Shown here in pieces: positions 10,285 through 20,367 of a stretch of 57,452 bases of DNA; the first letter of the stretch is position 1, and every line of letters starts with the position of its first letter. A program made the translations under genes and the position numbers. Below the pieces are notes generated by a model. That model saw only the letters and a program-made list of their open reading frames with translations, was not told the origin of the DNA and did no database searches. This stretch comes from Bacteroidales bacterium (GTDB lineage Bacteria; Bacteroidota; Bacteroidia; Bacteroidales; B18-G4). The stretch covers positions 1-57,452 of the forward strand of contig JAZBOU010000025.1 in assembly GCA_036351275.1 (NCBI GenBank), read 5' to 3'.

Positions 10285-11061
10285 ATGAAAGTATCCGTAA
10301 TACAGTTTGCCCCAATACTTGGTGAATTGCAGAAGAACAGAGATCTTATCACCGAGTTCCTTGATGAAACGAAAGATGCCGACCTGGCTGTGCTTCCTGA
10401 ACTTGCTTTCACCGGTTATAATTTCTCAGGCGAGGAAATGGCTCGCGCCTTGGCGGAAGTGCCGCAGGAGAGTGATTCGGTTGAAATGCTGCATGGTATA
10501 GCAAATGAGAACAGTCAGCATATCATTTGCGGATTTAATGAACGGGAGGGGGATGTGCTATATAATTCCACCGTGCTGGTAGGACCTGATGGCTTGAAAG
10601 GCATTTACCGCAAGATGCACCTGTTCATGAATGAGAAAAACATCTTCCGTCCGGGCAACAGCAAGCTGGAAGTGTTTGACATTGGTTGCTGCAAGATTGG
10701 CATGCAGATATGTTTTGATTATCTATTCCCGGAACCCTGGCGCATACTGGCCCAGCGTGGGGCGGAACTTATTATACACCCTTCAAATCTGCTGACACAG
10801 AATGCCACGAAGTCACTGCCCGGTATTGCTCTCAGGAATAAGATATTTACGGTAACTGCCAACAGGATAGGTAGCGAAGGTGATCTTACGTTCAACGGAA
10901 ACTCCATGATCATTGATCCTGCAGGAGACATAATCCTGATTGCATCAGGTGATCATACAGAGATCATCAGTATGGAGATCGATCCTACTCTCGCCCACAA
11001 CAAAATGATCACCAGCATGAATCATGTCTTTAACGACAGGCGGCCTGAACAATACAGCTGA
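10285..11061 (+). CDS. Nitrilase-superfamily carbon-nitrogen hydrolase
   Basis: Catalytic triad motifs LPEL, YRKMHLF, ICFD. Confidence 0.9.
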   Translation: MKVSVIQFAPILGELQKNRDLITEFLDETKDADLAVLPELAFTGYNFSGEEMARALAEVPQESDSVEMLHGIANENSQHIICGFNEREGDVLYNSTVLVGPDGLKGIYRKMHLFMNEKNIFRPGNSKLEVFDIGCCKIGMQICFDYLFPEPWRILAQRGAELIIHPSNLLTQNATKSLPGIALRNKIFTVTANRIGSEGDLTFNGNSMIIDPAGDIILIASGDHTEIISMEIDPTLAHNKMITSMNHVFNDRRPEQYS

Positions 11062-11145
11062 TACATTTGTTAGCTTTTTAAATAAACCAACATTAATTAA
11101 TTTAAATGCGCGGGACACAGGGTTGTCCCTCTAAGTTTTTTTGAT

Positions 11146-13215
11146 ATGTACAGGAATAAGCGACTGAAGATCAGACGGGAAGATAAGATCTATAACATAA
11201 AATCAACCGAAAAAGAGGTGTTGGAGAACTGGTATTACCTCATGACCCTGGGGCGCCAGCTCGACAACAAAGCACCAAACTATTTGAAACAGGCACTGGG
11301 GTGGTCATATCATGCACCCTTTGCAGGCCATGACGGGATACAACTCGCCATAGGGCAGGTCTTCGACAGGGAACATGACCATATGTTTCCTTATTACAGG
11401 GATATGCTGACGAACATCTCAGCCGGGCTCACTGCAGAGGAGATCATTCTCAATGGCCTCTCGAAAAAGAACGATATCGCCTCCGGCGGAAGACATATGT
11501 CGAACCATTTTGCGAAACCGGAATGGAATATACACAATGTATCTTCATGCACGGGCAATCACACCCTGCATGCCGTTGGTGTTGCCAGGGCGATAAAATA
11601 TTATGGCGGAGAAGGTGTTGCCATCTCCTCGCAGGGCGAATCTTCTACCTCAGAAGGTTATGTCTATGAGGCCATCAATGGGGCAACAAATGAAAAGTTG
11701 CCTGTGATCTTTGTCTTCCAGGATAATGATTACGGGATCTCGGTACCCAAGGCCGATCAAACCGCAAATCCTTATGCTGCTACGAACTTCGAGGGATTTA
11801 AGAACCTCGAGATCATCTATTGCAACGGTAAAGATGTATTCAACTCTATGAATGCCATGACCCTTGCTAAAAAGTACGTGAAGGACAAAGGGCATCCTGT
11901 GATCGTACATGCCAACTGTGTGCGCATGGGATCGCATTCCAATTCTGACAGGCACGAGCTTTACCGCGATGAGGCAGAAATTTCAGAAGCCCTTGGACAG
12001 GACCCGTTGAAAAGGTTCAGGGAGCGACTGGTATATTCCGAGGTTTTCACAGAAGAAGAACTTGATGAACTCGACAAGAAGGCAAAGAAAGAGATCTCGG
12101 TAGCACACAAAAAAGTGATCGCATCAGCTGATCCTGACCCAGAATCGATCTACGATTTTGTGATCCCCGATCCTTACATACCGGAAAAGTTCAAGGATGG
12201 AATACCTGATGGTTCAGGAACCAGCAGGCGTTTCATAGATGCCCTGAACAACACTTTGAAAGAGGAATTCCGAAGAAATCCGGATACGTTTATCTGGGGA
12301 CAGGACGTGGCCAACAAGGAAAAGGGTGGCATCTTCAATGTGACCAAGGGCATGCAGCAGGAATTTGGCAAGTCGCGGGTGTTCAACGCTCCCATTGCCG
12401 AGGATTTTATCGTGGGTACAGCCAATGGCATGAGCCGTTACAGCAAGGATATCCGGATTGTGGTCGAAGGAGCCGAATTTGCAGATTACTTCTGGCCTGC
12501 CATGGAGCAAGTGCTTGAGCTCAGCCATGATTACTGGCGCACGAACGGGCAGTTTGCAGCCAATGTTACCATCAGGCTTGCTTCCGGTGGATATATAGGG
12601 GGTGGTTTGTATCATTCCCAGACCATTGAAGGAGCCCTTACAACGCTGCCGGGCTTGCGCATCGTATATCCTTCTTTTGCCGATGATGCAGCCGGGCTTC
12701 TCAGGAGTTGCATGCGTTCCGAAGGCCCGAATATATTCCTTGAGCCCAAGGCTTTATACAATGATCCACAGGCAGAGGCCATGGTGCCGGAAGAATTTGA
12801 AGTACCATTCGGTAAGGCCCGGGTCAGGAGGGAAGGTTTCGACCTGAGCATGATCACCTACGGTAATGCAACCCATCTCTGCCTGAAGGCAGCCGAACGC
12901 ATCAAAGAAGAAACAGGAAAAGACGTTGAAGTGCTTGATCTGCGTTCTCTGATTCCCCTGGATGAAGAGGCAATACTGGAAACCGTGGCTAAGACCAACA
13001 GGGCACTTGTTGTCCATGAGGATAAGGTATTTGCAGGTTTTGGAGGCGAGATCGTGGGGCTCATTAATGAGAGAGCCTTCGAGCACCTTGATGCACCTGT
13101 CAAACGTGTTGGCTCTACTTTCACACCAGTTGGATTCAACAGGATCCTGGAATCAGAGATCCTTCCTGATGCAGAGAAAGTTTACAAAGCAGCGATGGAG
13201 CTTTTAGAATATTAG
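11146..13215 (+). CDS. Fused E1 alpha/beta of a 2-oxoacid (probably branched-chain) dehydrogenase
   Basis: PYYRD, TPP-binding region GE...EAIN...N, HSNSD, FNAPIAE, GGLYHSQ, VLDLRSLIPLD. Confidence 0.88.
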   Translation: MYRNKRLKIRREDKIYNIKSTEKEVLENWYYLMTLGRQLDNKAPNYLKQALGWSYHAPFAGHDGIQLAIGQVFDREHDHMFPYYRDMLTNISAGLTAEEIILNGLSKKNDIASGGRHMSNHFAKPEWNIHNVSSCTGNHTLHAVGVARAIKYYGGEGVAISSQGESSTSEGYVYEAINGATNEKLPVIFVFQDNDYGISVPKADQTANPYAATNFEGFKNLEIIYCNGKDVFNSMNAMTLAKKYVKDKGHPVIVHANCVRMGSHSNSDRHELYRDEAEISEALGQDPLKRFRERLVYSEVFTEEELDELDKKAKKEISVAHKKVIASADPDPESIYDFVIPDPYIPEKFKDGIPDGSGTSRRFIDALNNTLKEEFRRNPDTFIWGQDVANKEKGGIFNVTKGMQQEFGKSRVFNAPIAEDFIVGTANGMSRYSKDIRIVVEGAEFADYFWPAMEQVLELSHDYWRTNGQFAANVTIRLASGGYIGGGLYHSQTIEGALTTLPGLRIVYPSFADDAAGLLRSCMRSEGPNIFLEPKALYNDPQAEAMVPEEFEVPFGKARVRREGFDLSMITYGNATHLCLKAAERIKEETGKDVEVLDLRSLIPLDEEAILETVAKTNRALVVHEDKVFAGFGGEIVGLINERAFEHLDAPVKRVGSTFTPVGFNRILESEILPDAEKVYKAAMELLEY

Positions 13216-13260
13216 ACCTGGAAGGTCCCGGACCTTCCAGGTTGCCAACCTTCCAGGTCC
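13215..13260. repeat. REP-like palindromic repeats, left flank of transposase
   Basis: GACCTGGAAGGTC-CCG-GACCTTCCAGGTTGCCAACCTTCCAGGTCC. Confidence 0.85.
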
Positions 13261-13266
13261 CCATGA

Positions 13267-13848
13267 TCAATCCCCTTTTATCAGATTCCGGATAAGGACT
13301 GTTCTGGATTTCTGCCTGTGCGTGTATGCAAAGTTGTTTTCGTTTTCAAACAGTTCTATTACATAATCCCTGTGTAAAATTGATGGATGATTATTTAGTA
13401 TTGCTTGGTATGATGAATACCTGTATTTAGTAAAATCATCGCAGATTTCATGATGAACCGGGTTAGTATGAATATAGTGGATTAAGAATTTAAGATAGAT
13501 CTCATTTTCAACTCTCTTCCTTTTAAAATTCTTCTGGAACAAACTTCCGGTTCGTACATAAGTGATATTGAAATACTTAGCATAGGCATTAAAGAAATTG
13601 GAGAATGATTGGTGAAAGGATTTATTCTTAAGTTCACTGGATATGATCTCCCCGCGCTCCTTGATCCTTAGTGCAAAATGAAAGTGGTTTGGCATGAGGC
13701 AGAAGCAGAATGTATCCGCAATTTCATGAATGTATTTCCTGTAAAGCTCCATGAACCTTGAGTAATCTTCCTTCTCAATGAATAACTTTTCCTTGCTATT
13801 ACCACGATTGTATATGTGATAGTAATATCCTTCTTCGAGTATTTCCAT
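13267..13848 (-). mobile_element. REP-associated tyrosine transposase (RAYT, IS200-like Y1 HUH)
   Basis: YYHIYNRG, CLMPNHFH (HUH), GSLFQ..F, YIHTNPV (catalytic Tyr), YSSY; more AT-rich than neighbours; flanked by REP-like repeats. Confidence 0.92.
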
Positions 13849-13903
13849 AATATTAGTCTTTACCTATTAATACCGAAAAAGGCATTTTGTCACACTTTAA
13901 ATA

Positions 13904-13933
13904 GACCTTCCAGGTTGGCAACCTTCCAGGTCC
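13904..13933. repeat. REP-like palindromic repeat, right flank of transposase
   Basis: GACCTTCCAGGTTGGCAACCTTCCAGGTCC, 29/30 identical to 13231-13260. Confidence 0.85.
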
Positions 13934-14016
13934 TTTAAGCTTTTTTAACATCCTCATCCTAATTCCTCAGGATCGTCGGCTCGATTTTTGATTACTTTTG
14001 GCCAAACTATTCTATT

Positions 14017-15627
14017 ATGCTTAACAAGATCAGGATTTCCCTACTTTTCATTATAACGATTATATTTTCTTACCTGCCCGGGAGTGCCGAGGCTCAGAGC
14101 CCGGAGGTGAGACGTAACATTCAAAAACTCGTAGCGCTTTACCAGTACATCGACTATGCTTATGTTGATTCTGTGGAACTGGAAGAACTTGTCGACAATG
14201 CCATTATCGAGACATTAAAAGAGCTGGATCCGCACTCTGCATTTATCCCGAAAAAGGAGGTTGATCGCATGGAAGAACCCCTCAGGGGAAGCTTCGAAGG
14301 CATCGGAATCACCTTTCAGATCTTTAATGATACCATACTCGTTATCGGACCGATCCCCGGTGGCCCTTCCGAGCGATTGGGCATTATGGCAGGAGATAAG
14401 ATCATTAAGATCAATGATACGATCGCTTACGGAGAAAAGATCGACAATCAGTATGTATTCGACCGCCTCAGGGGTAACAAAGGAACCGAAGTCGATGTGA
14501 GCATTTACCGGAAGGGCAGGGAGGAACTGATCGACTATACGATCGTACGTGATGAAATCCCGATAAACAGCATCAATGCCTATTTTATGATGACACCGGA
14601 TATCGGTTACATCAAACTTGACCGCTTTTCCAATACTTCGCTGCAGGAGTTTAATACTGCCATTGCTGAACTCAAGGAGCAGGGCATGCAAAAACTCGTT
14701 TTTGATCTGAGGGGAAATACAGGCGGATATCTTAAGGCCGCCATTGAGCTTTCCGACCAGTTTTTGGACTTCGGGAAGCTGATCGTGTATACCGAAGGGC
14801 TCAGGGTACCTGAACAGAAATATCACTCCACACCAGGTGGAAGCTTTATAAAAGGTAAACTTGTGATCCTGATCGACGAAGGTTCTGCGTCGGCAAGTGA
14901 GATCACCAGCGGTGCTGTGCAGGATTGGGACAGGGGCCTGATCATTGGTAGGCGCTCTTTTGGAAAAGCACTGGTGCAGAGGCCATTCATTCTTCCGGAT
15001 AGTTCCCTTATCAGGCTGACGACTGCCCGGTACCATACACCAACAGGGAGAAGCATTCAGAAACCCTATGATAATGGCAAGGAAGCCTATTACATGGATG
15101 TATACAACCGCATGATAAATGGAGAGCTAATACATCCGGACAGCATACAGTTCCCGGATTCCCTGAAATATTATACTCCTGCAAACCGTGTTGTATACGG
15201 TGGAGGCGGCATTATGCCTGATATCTTCATACCACTGGACACAACCTGGATCTCGGATTATTATACCGACCTCAGGCGTAAAGGAGTCCTGAACCAATAT
15301 ACGGTGCAGTATGTGAATGACCATCGCGAAGAGATCCTGGCAGAATACCCTGATGTACAGGATTATATCAATGGTTTTACCATTGATGAAGACTTCATGG
15401 ATGGCTTTATCGAATTTGCCGAGAATATGGATGTCCCGTTCGACGAAGAAGGATATGCCACATCCGGTGAATTCCTCAGGACTCAGATCAAGGCCTGGAT
15501 GGCAAGAAACCTGTGGGATATATCAGCTTCATACGAGGTTTTTGCAGAAACAGACGAAGGCCTTATTAAGGCCATTAAAGTGCTGAATGACGATGCCTTC
15601 TTCGACGGACAGAAAATAAGTTATTAG
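14017..15627 (+). CDS. S41 family C-terminal processing peptidase
   Basis: LDPHS, PDZ GIG motif, DLRGNTGG, GSASASEI, RSFGK. Confidence 0.93.
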   Translation: MLNKIRISLLFIITIIFSYLPGSAEAQSPEVRRNIQKLVALYQYIDYAYVDSVELEELVDNAIIETLKELDPHSAFIPKKEVDRMEEPLRGSFEGIGITFQIFNDTILVIGPIPGGPSERLGIMAGDKIIKINDTIAYGEKIDNQYVFDRLRGNKGTEVDVSIYRKGREELIDYTIVRDEIPINSINAYFMMTPDIGYIKLDRFSNTSLQEFNTAIAELKEQGMQKLVFDLRGNTGGYLKAAIELSDQFLDFGKLIVYTEGLRVPEQKYHSTPGGSFIKGKLVILIDEGSASASEITSGAVQDWDRGLIIGRRSFGKALVQRPFILPDSSLIRLTTARYHTPTGRSIQKPYDNGKEAYYMDVYNRMINGELIHPDSIQFPDSLKYYTPANRVVYGGGGIMPDIFIPLDTTWISDYYTDLRRKGVLNQYTVQYVNDHREEILAEYPDVQDYINGFTIDEDFMDGFIEFAENMDVPFDEEGYATSGEFLRTQIKAWMARNLWDISASYEVFAETDEGLIKAIKVLNDDAFFDGQKISY

Positions 15628-15742
15628 CTGGCATGTGGCCTCAGGCCACTGATATGTGGGGCATCTCCTTGATTTTTCATTTTGTAGTAGAGAATAATTG
15701 TATAAATTTGTTCACTCGTAATCTTTTAACCTAAAGAATTAG

Positions 15743-16729
15743 ATGGCAAATTTATCAACCTCCTACATGGGGTTTAATCTGAAGAACCCCATCATCGTCG
15801 GCAGTTCAGGCCTGACAAACTCAGTTGAAAATATTGTTGAGATCGAAAGGAGCGGGGCTGCCGCTGTCGTACTGAAATCCCTTTTCGAAGAACAGATCAA
15901 CCATATGATCGCCAAGACCATGCACAGCAATAATGGCAATTTTTCTTATCCTGAAGCAGATGATTACATCACTAACTATACCAGGGATAATGATATTGAC
16001 AATTACATTAAGCTGATCAGGGGCGCAAAGGAAGCTGTTCAGATCCCGGTAATTGCCAGTATCAACTGTATATCTTCTGCCGACTGGGTTTCGTTTGCTG
16101 GCAAGATAGAGGCCGCCGGAGCCGATGGCCTTGAGCTGAATATCTTTATCCTGCCATCTGATCCCAAGCGCGATGCCGCGCAAAATGAAGCTGTTTATTT
16201 CGAGATCATTGAAAAGGTCAAGAAAGAAGTGACCATACCGGTGGCCATTAAGATCAGTTCTTACTTCTCCGGACTGGCCAATTTCACCCTGAAATTATCC
16301 TGGACAGGCATTAACGGAATGGTATTGTTCAACAGGTTTTTCTCGCCCGATATTGATATCGATAATTTTAAAGTTACAGCAACAAACGTGTTCAGCAGTC
16401 CTGAAGAACTTGCAATGTCGTTACGCTGGGTAGCCATGCTTTCCAGCAGGCTCCATTGTGATGTTGCCGCTTCAACAGGAATTCATGATGGCAAAGCAGT
16501 TATCAAACAACTGCTGGCCGGGGCAAAGGCAGTGCAGATCGCTTCCATTTTGTATAAAAAAGATTTCTCTGTGATCGGGAATATGCTTAAAGACCTCGAA
16601 AGCTGGATGGATAAGCATGGTTTTGAGAGTCTCGACCCGGTCATTGGCAAGATGAGTATAAAAGAGGTTGAGAATCCCGCTGCCTTTGAAAGGGTTCAGT
16701 TCATGAAGCACTTCTCCGGGATTGAATAA
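15743..16729 (+). CDS. Dihydroorotate dehydrogenase-like flavoprotein
   Basis: LKNPIIVGSS, VVLKSLFEEQI, LFNRF, STGIH; lacks the canonical SCPN loop, as in the DHOD-like subfamily. Confidence 0.85.
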   Translation: MANLSTSYMGFNLKNPIIVGSSGLTNSVENIVEIERSGAAAVVLKSLFEEQINHMIAKTMHSNNGNFSYPEADDYITNYTRDNDIDNYIKLIRGAKEAVQIPVIASINCISSADWVSFAGKIEAAGADGLELNIFILPSDPKRDAAQNEAVYFEIIEKVKKEVTIPVAIKISSYFSGLANFTLKLSWTGINGMVLFNRFFSPDIDIDNFKVTATNVFSSPEELAMSLRWVAMLSSRLHCDVAASTGIHDGKAVIKQLLAGAKAVQIASILYKKDFSVIGNMLKDLESWMDKHGFESLDPVIGKMSIKEVENPAAFERVQFMKHFSGIE

Positions 16730-16780
16730 ACCCGGTTCATTTCACATGTAGCAGCTAGCGTTTAGAATTTAACATGGCAA

Positions 16781-16815
16781 TTCCATGTTCCCTGTTCCAT
16801 GTTCCATGTTCCCTG
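16781..16815. repeat. Heptamer tandem array (TTCC[A/C]TG) x5
   Basis: ttccatg ttccctg ttccatg ttccatg ttccctg, 4 nt from the alkene reductase stop. Confidence 0.9.
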
Positions 16816-16819
16816 TTTA

Positions 16820-17896
16820 TTATTCGTAATCATTATACCCTTTCTCACCCTGCGTATAAAAAGTTTCCGTATCCCATGGAGTGAGGGGGGCTCCGGTCCT
16901 GAATTTTTGAACGAGGTCAGGGTTTGAAATAAATGCTTTTCCATATGCGATGAGATCGGCATGGCCCTCGCGGAGCGTTTTTTCGCCGCTTTCGGCATCG
17001 AATCCCACATTGGTCATCAAAGTGCCTCTGTATATTTTTCTAAAAAAAGGTGTGATCTCCCTGTCCTGCAGGTAGTGTGGCAGATGACTCACATCTACAT
17101 AAGGTTCCATGATATGCAGATAGGCAAGTTTGTATTCGTTGAGCTTATCTATCACATACGAAAACAGCCCGACAGGATCCTTGTCTGACACATCCAGTTT
17201 GATCCCGCTCGGCGAGAGCCTCAGTCCGGTACGTGCTGCCCCTATCCTTCGAGTCACCTCACTGATAACTTCGAATAAGAATCGGGAGCGGTTTTCCATG
17301 CTTCCCCCGTATTCATCTACTCTTTTGTTTGTTGCATCCTGCAGGAACTGGTCGATAAGGTATCCGTTGGCCCCATGCACTTCAACACCGTCAAAACCGG
17401 CCTCAATGGCATTGGCGGCTGCCTGTCCGTAATCCTGTATGATATTGTGAATCTCCTTTATTTCCAGGGCCCGTGGAAGAACAGTATCCTTGATCCCTTC
17501 CGGCGTTTTTATGCTTCCATCCTCCAGGATTGCCGAGGGGGCTACGGGTGCTTTTCCCCCATGGTAATATGGATGGGAATGCCTGCCTACGTGCCAGAGT
17601 TGCAGGTATATCCTTCCACCGGCATCATGCACGGCAGCAGTCACGGCCCTCCAACCTTCTATCATCTCCTCAGTATAGATGCCCGGTGTAAAGGGGTAAC
17701 CTGTTCCCTGCCTTGAAATGTTACATGCTTCAGCAATGATCAACCCGGCGCTGGCTCTCTTACTGTAGTGCTCTGCCATCATAGGTGTTGGCACACCTTC
17801 TATCGTAGCCCTTGAGCGTGTGAGCGGGGCCATTATGATACGGTTTGGTAACATGATCTTTCCAAGCTGGAAAGGGGTGAGGAGCATGACAGGCAT
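16820..17896 (-). CDS. Alkene reductase (Old Yellow Enzyme, NemA-like)
   Basis: NRIIMAPLTRSRA, QLWHVGR, EVHGANGYLIDQF, YGGS.ENR.RF. Confidence 0.93.
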   Translation of the reverse strand: MPVMLLTPFQLGKIMLPNRIIMAPLTRSRATIEGVPTPMMAEHYSKRASAGLIIAEACNISRQGTGYPFTPGIYTEEMIEGWRAVTAAVHDAGGRIYLQLWHVGRHSHPYYHGGKAPVAPSAILEDGSIKTPEGIKDTVLPRALEIKEIHNIIQDYGQAAANAIEAGFDGVEVHGANGYLIDQFLQDATNKRVDEYGGSMENRSRFLFEVISEVTRRIGAARTGLRLSPSGIKLDVSDKDPVGLFSYVIDKLNEYKLAYLHIMEPYVDVSHLPHYLQDREITPFFRKIYRGTLMTNVGFDAESGEKTLREGHADLIAYGKAFISNPDLVQKFRTGAPLTPWDTETFYTQGEKGYNDYE

Positions 17897-18020
17897 AGGC
17901 TATGGATTTTTTGGATGAACTTAACTTTATTTCATGAACAATAAGTGAAGAAAAATGTTTAATTTTCAGCTACTTTAAGTATGAGAATCATTTTCAGGAT
18001 CAAATAAAAAACCCGGATAA

Positions 18021-19181
18021 ATGCCTTTTTACCATCGACTTGGGGAGATACCCCACAAACGACACACCCAGTTCAGGAAGCCCAACGGTAAGCTATATTC
18101 TGAACAGCTGGTCTCCAGAGAAGGGTTTTCAGATGATTATTCTCTGGTTTATCACATCCACCCACCCACCCTCGTAAAAGCCATCGGTGAACCTTACTCC
18201 GTAGCACCGGAAGCAGCGATCGAAAAAAACCTTCAACACCGGAGCTTCCAGGGCTTCTCGGTAAAACCGGAAAAGGATTACCTTGAAAGCAGGAAGACCA
18301 TCATGTTCAACAACGATATCTCCATCATAGTTGCCGCACCGCAGCAGTCTATGACACAATACTTTTTCAAAAACTCCGGTGGAGACGAGATGATATTCGT
18401 GCACGTAGGAGAGGGTGTACTCAAAACCATGTATGGCCTGCTGGAATTCAAACCGGGCGACCACCTGATCATACCCCGCGGGGTGATCTACCAGCTTCAT
18501 TTCAAATCCAACGACAACAGGCTGCTGATCATGGAGTCGTATTCTCCCATCCGCTTCCCTAAGCGGTATGTGAGTAAACAGGGCCAGTTGCTGGAGCATT
18601 CACCCTTCTATGAAAGGGACATCAGGCCCCCCAAAATACTGGAGACACACGATGAAAAAGGTGATTTCAAGATATTTGTCAAGCGCGATCACATGATATT
18701 CCCCTATCATTATGCCACCCATCCCTTTGACCTGGTTGGTTGGGACGGCTATCATTTCCCATACGCACTTTCGATCCACGATTTTGAACCGATTACAGGC
18801 CGCGTGCATCAGCCACCACCGGTGCACCAGACCTTTGAAGGGCATAATTATGTAACCTGTGCCTTTGTTCCCAGGCTGTACGATTATCATCCCGATGCCA
18901 TACCGGCACCATACAACCACAGCAATGTGGATTCGGATGAAGTTTTGTATTATGTCGATGGGGAATTCATGAGCCGCAAACATGTCGAGCGCGGACAGCT
19001 AACGCTGCATCCCACCGGCATCCCGCACGGGCCTCATCCCGGTGCCGTGGAAAAAAGCATCGGACAGAAAGAAACAAATGAACTGGCTGTGATGATCGAT
19101 ACCTTCAAGCCCCTGAAATTAACGAAGGCTGCACTTGAGATCGAAGACAAAGATTATTACAAAAGCTGGTTAGAAGAATAA
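18021..19181 (+). CDS. hmgA: Homogentisate 1,2-dioxygenase
   Basis: HPFDLVGWDG, HQPPPVHQTF, PYNHSNVDSDE, HPTGIPHGP. Confidence 0.95.
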   Translation: MPFYHRLGEIPHKRHTQFRKPNGKLYSEQLVSREGFSDDYSLVYHIHPPTLVKAIGEPYSVAPEAAIEKNLQHRSFQGFSVKPEKDYLESRKTIMFNNDISIIVAAPQQSMTQYFFKNSGGDEMIFVHVGEGVLKTMYGLLEFKPGDHLIIPRGVIYQLHFKSNDNRLLIMESYSPIRFPKRYVSKQGQLLEHSPFYERDIRPPKILETHDEKGDFKIFVKRDHMIFPYHYATHPFDLVGWDGYHFPYALSIHDFEPITGRVHQPPPVHQTFEGHNYVTCAFVPRLYDYHPDAIPAPYNHSNVDSDEVLYYVDGEFMSRKHVERGQLTLHPTGIPHGPHPGAVEKSIGQKETNELAVMIDTFKPLKLTKAALEIEDKDYYKSWLEE

Positions 19182-19199
19182 GCAATAAACCCATAAGAA

Positions 19200-20294
19200 A
19201 TGACTGAAGACTTTTTACCCATTAACGGGACAGATTACGTAGAATTCTATGTTGGCAATGCAAAACAGGTTGCCTATTATTACCAGAGTGCATTCGGGTT
19301 CCAGCCCCTGGCATACAGCGGACTGGAAACCGGAGATAAGGAAAAGACATCCTATGTCCTGGTCCAGGATAAGATCAGGTTTGTCTTTACCACCGCCCTG
19401 ACCCCTGATTCTCCCATCGGGGAGCATGTGAAAGAACACGGCGATGGCGTGAAAGTGGTTGCCCTCTGGGTGGATGATGCAAAGAAATCGTGGGAGGAAA
19501 CCACGAAACGTGGTGCAAAGTCTTACTTTGAACCCTATACCAAAAAAGATGAGCATGGCGAGGTCGTCATGGCCGGCATACATACTTACGGTGAGACCGT
19601 GCACATATTCGTTGAACGCAAGAACTATAAAGGTCCCTTCCTTCCCGGATTTGTGAAATGGGAACCGCATTACAAGCCTGAGCCTGTAGGGCTGAAGTAT
19701 GTCGACCATATGGTTGGGAACGTCGGCTGGGGTGAGATGAACACCTGGACGAAGTTTTATGCCGACGTGATGGGATTCAAACAGCTGGTCTCTTTCGACG
19801 ATAAGGATATTTCAACCGAATACACAGCCCTGATGAGCAAGGTAATGTCGAACGGGAACGGCAGGATCAAATTCCCTATTAACGAGCCTGCCAAAGGCCG
19901 CAAGGTGTCACAGATAGAAGAGTATATTAATTTTTACCGCGGGGCAGGTGTGCAGCACGTGGCCATGGCTACCGACGATATCATCCAAACTGTGAGCGAA
20001 TTGAAACGGAGAGGGGTGGAGTTCCTCTATGTCCCTTCTGCCTATTACGATACCGTGCTCGACAGGGTAGGGAAAATTGATGAGAAGCTAAAAGCCCTGG
20101 AAGAACTTGGCATCCTGATCGACAGGGATGATGAGGGCTATCTGCTGCAGATCTTCACCAAGCCCGTGGAAGACCGCCCGACGGTGTTTTATGAGATCAT
20201 CCAGCGTAAAGGCGCCAAATCATTCGGGAAAGGTAACTTTAAAGCCCTGTTTGAATCTATTGAAAGAGAGCAGGAAAGACGCGGAACCCTATAG
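19200..20294 (+). CDS. hppD: 4-hydroxyphenylpyruvate dioxygenase
   Basis: DHMVGNV, KFPINEP, SQIEEY, GVQHVA, LLQIFT, FGKGNFKALF. Confidence 0.97.
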   Translation: MTEDFLPINGTDYVEFYVGNAKQVAYYYQSAFGFQPLAYSGLETGDKEKTSYVLVQDKIRFVFTTALTPDSPIGEHVKEHGDGVKVVALWVDDAKKSWEETTKRGAKSYFEPYTKKDEHGEVVMAGIHTYGETVHIFVERKNYKGPFLPGFVKWEPHYKPEPVGLKYVDHMVGNVGWGEMNTWTKFYADVMGFKQLVSFDDKDISTEYTALMSKVMSNGNGRIKFPINEPAKGRKVSQIEEYINFYRGAGVQHVAMATDDIIQTVSELKRRGVEFLYVPSAYYDTVLDRVGKIDEKLKALEELGILIDRDDEGYLLQIFTKPVEDRPTVFYEIIQRKGAKSFGKGNFKALFESIEREQERRGTL

Positions 20295-20333
20295 AAATCA
20301 GATATCAGAATTTGAAACCAGAATTCAAAATTA
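20293..20333. repeat. Degenerate heptamer array (AGAAATC family)
   Basis: agaaatc agatatc agaattt gaaacc agaattc aaaatta, starting inside the hppD stop codon. Confidence 0.7.
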
Positions 20334-20367
20334 ATCCAACATCCAACCCCTAACACCCAAAATCAAT

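Noticed and set aside
11146-13215. E1 alpha-beta fusion as a novelty
   Set aside because: Fused E1 subunits are common in Bacteroidota.
14215-15036. 273-aa antisense ORF (likewise 54575-55327 and 51641-52294)
   Set aside because: Shadow frames of strongly supported genes (S41 peptidase, histidine kinase, ptrB).
15635-15649. GTGGCCT-C-AGGCCAC dyad after the S41 gene
   Set aside because: Short, single copy and without a T tail; no function can be supported.
16762-17010. 82-aa ORF ending in QGTWNMEQGTWN
   Set aside because: Alternative frame of the alkene reductase gene reading through the heptamer array; no evidence it is a gene.
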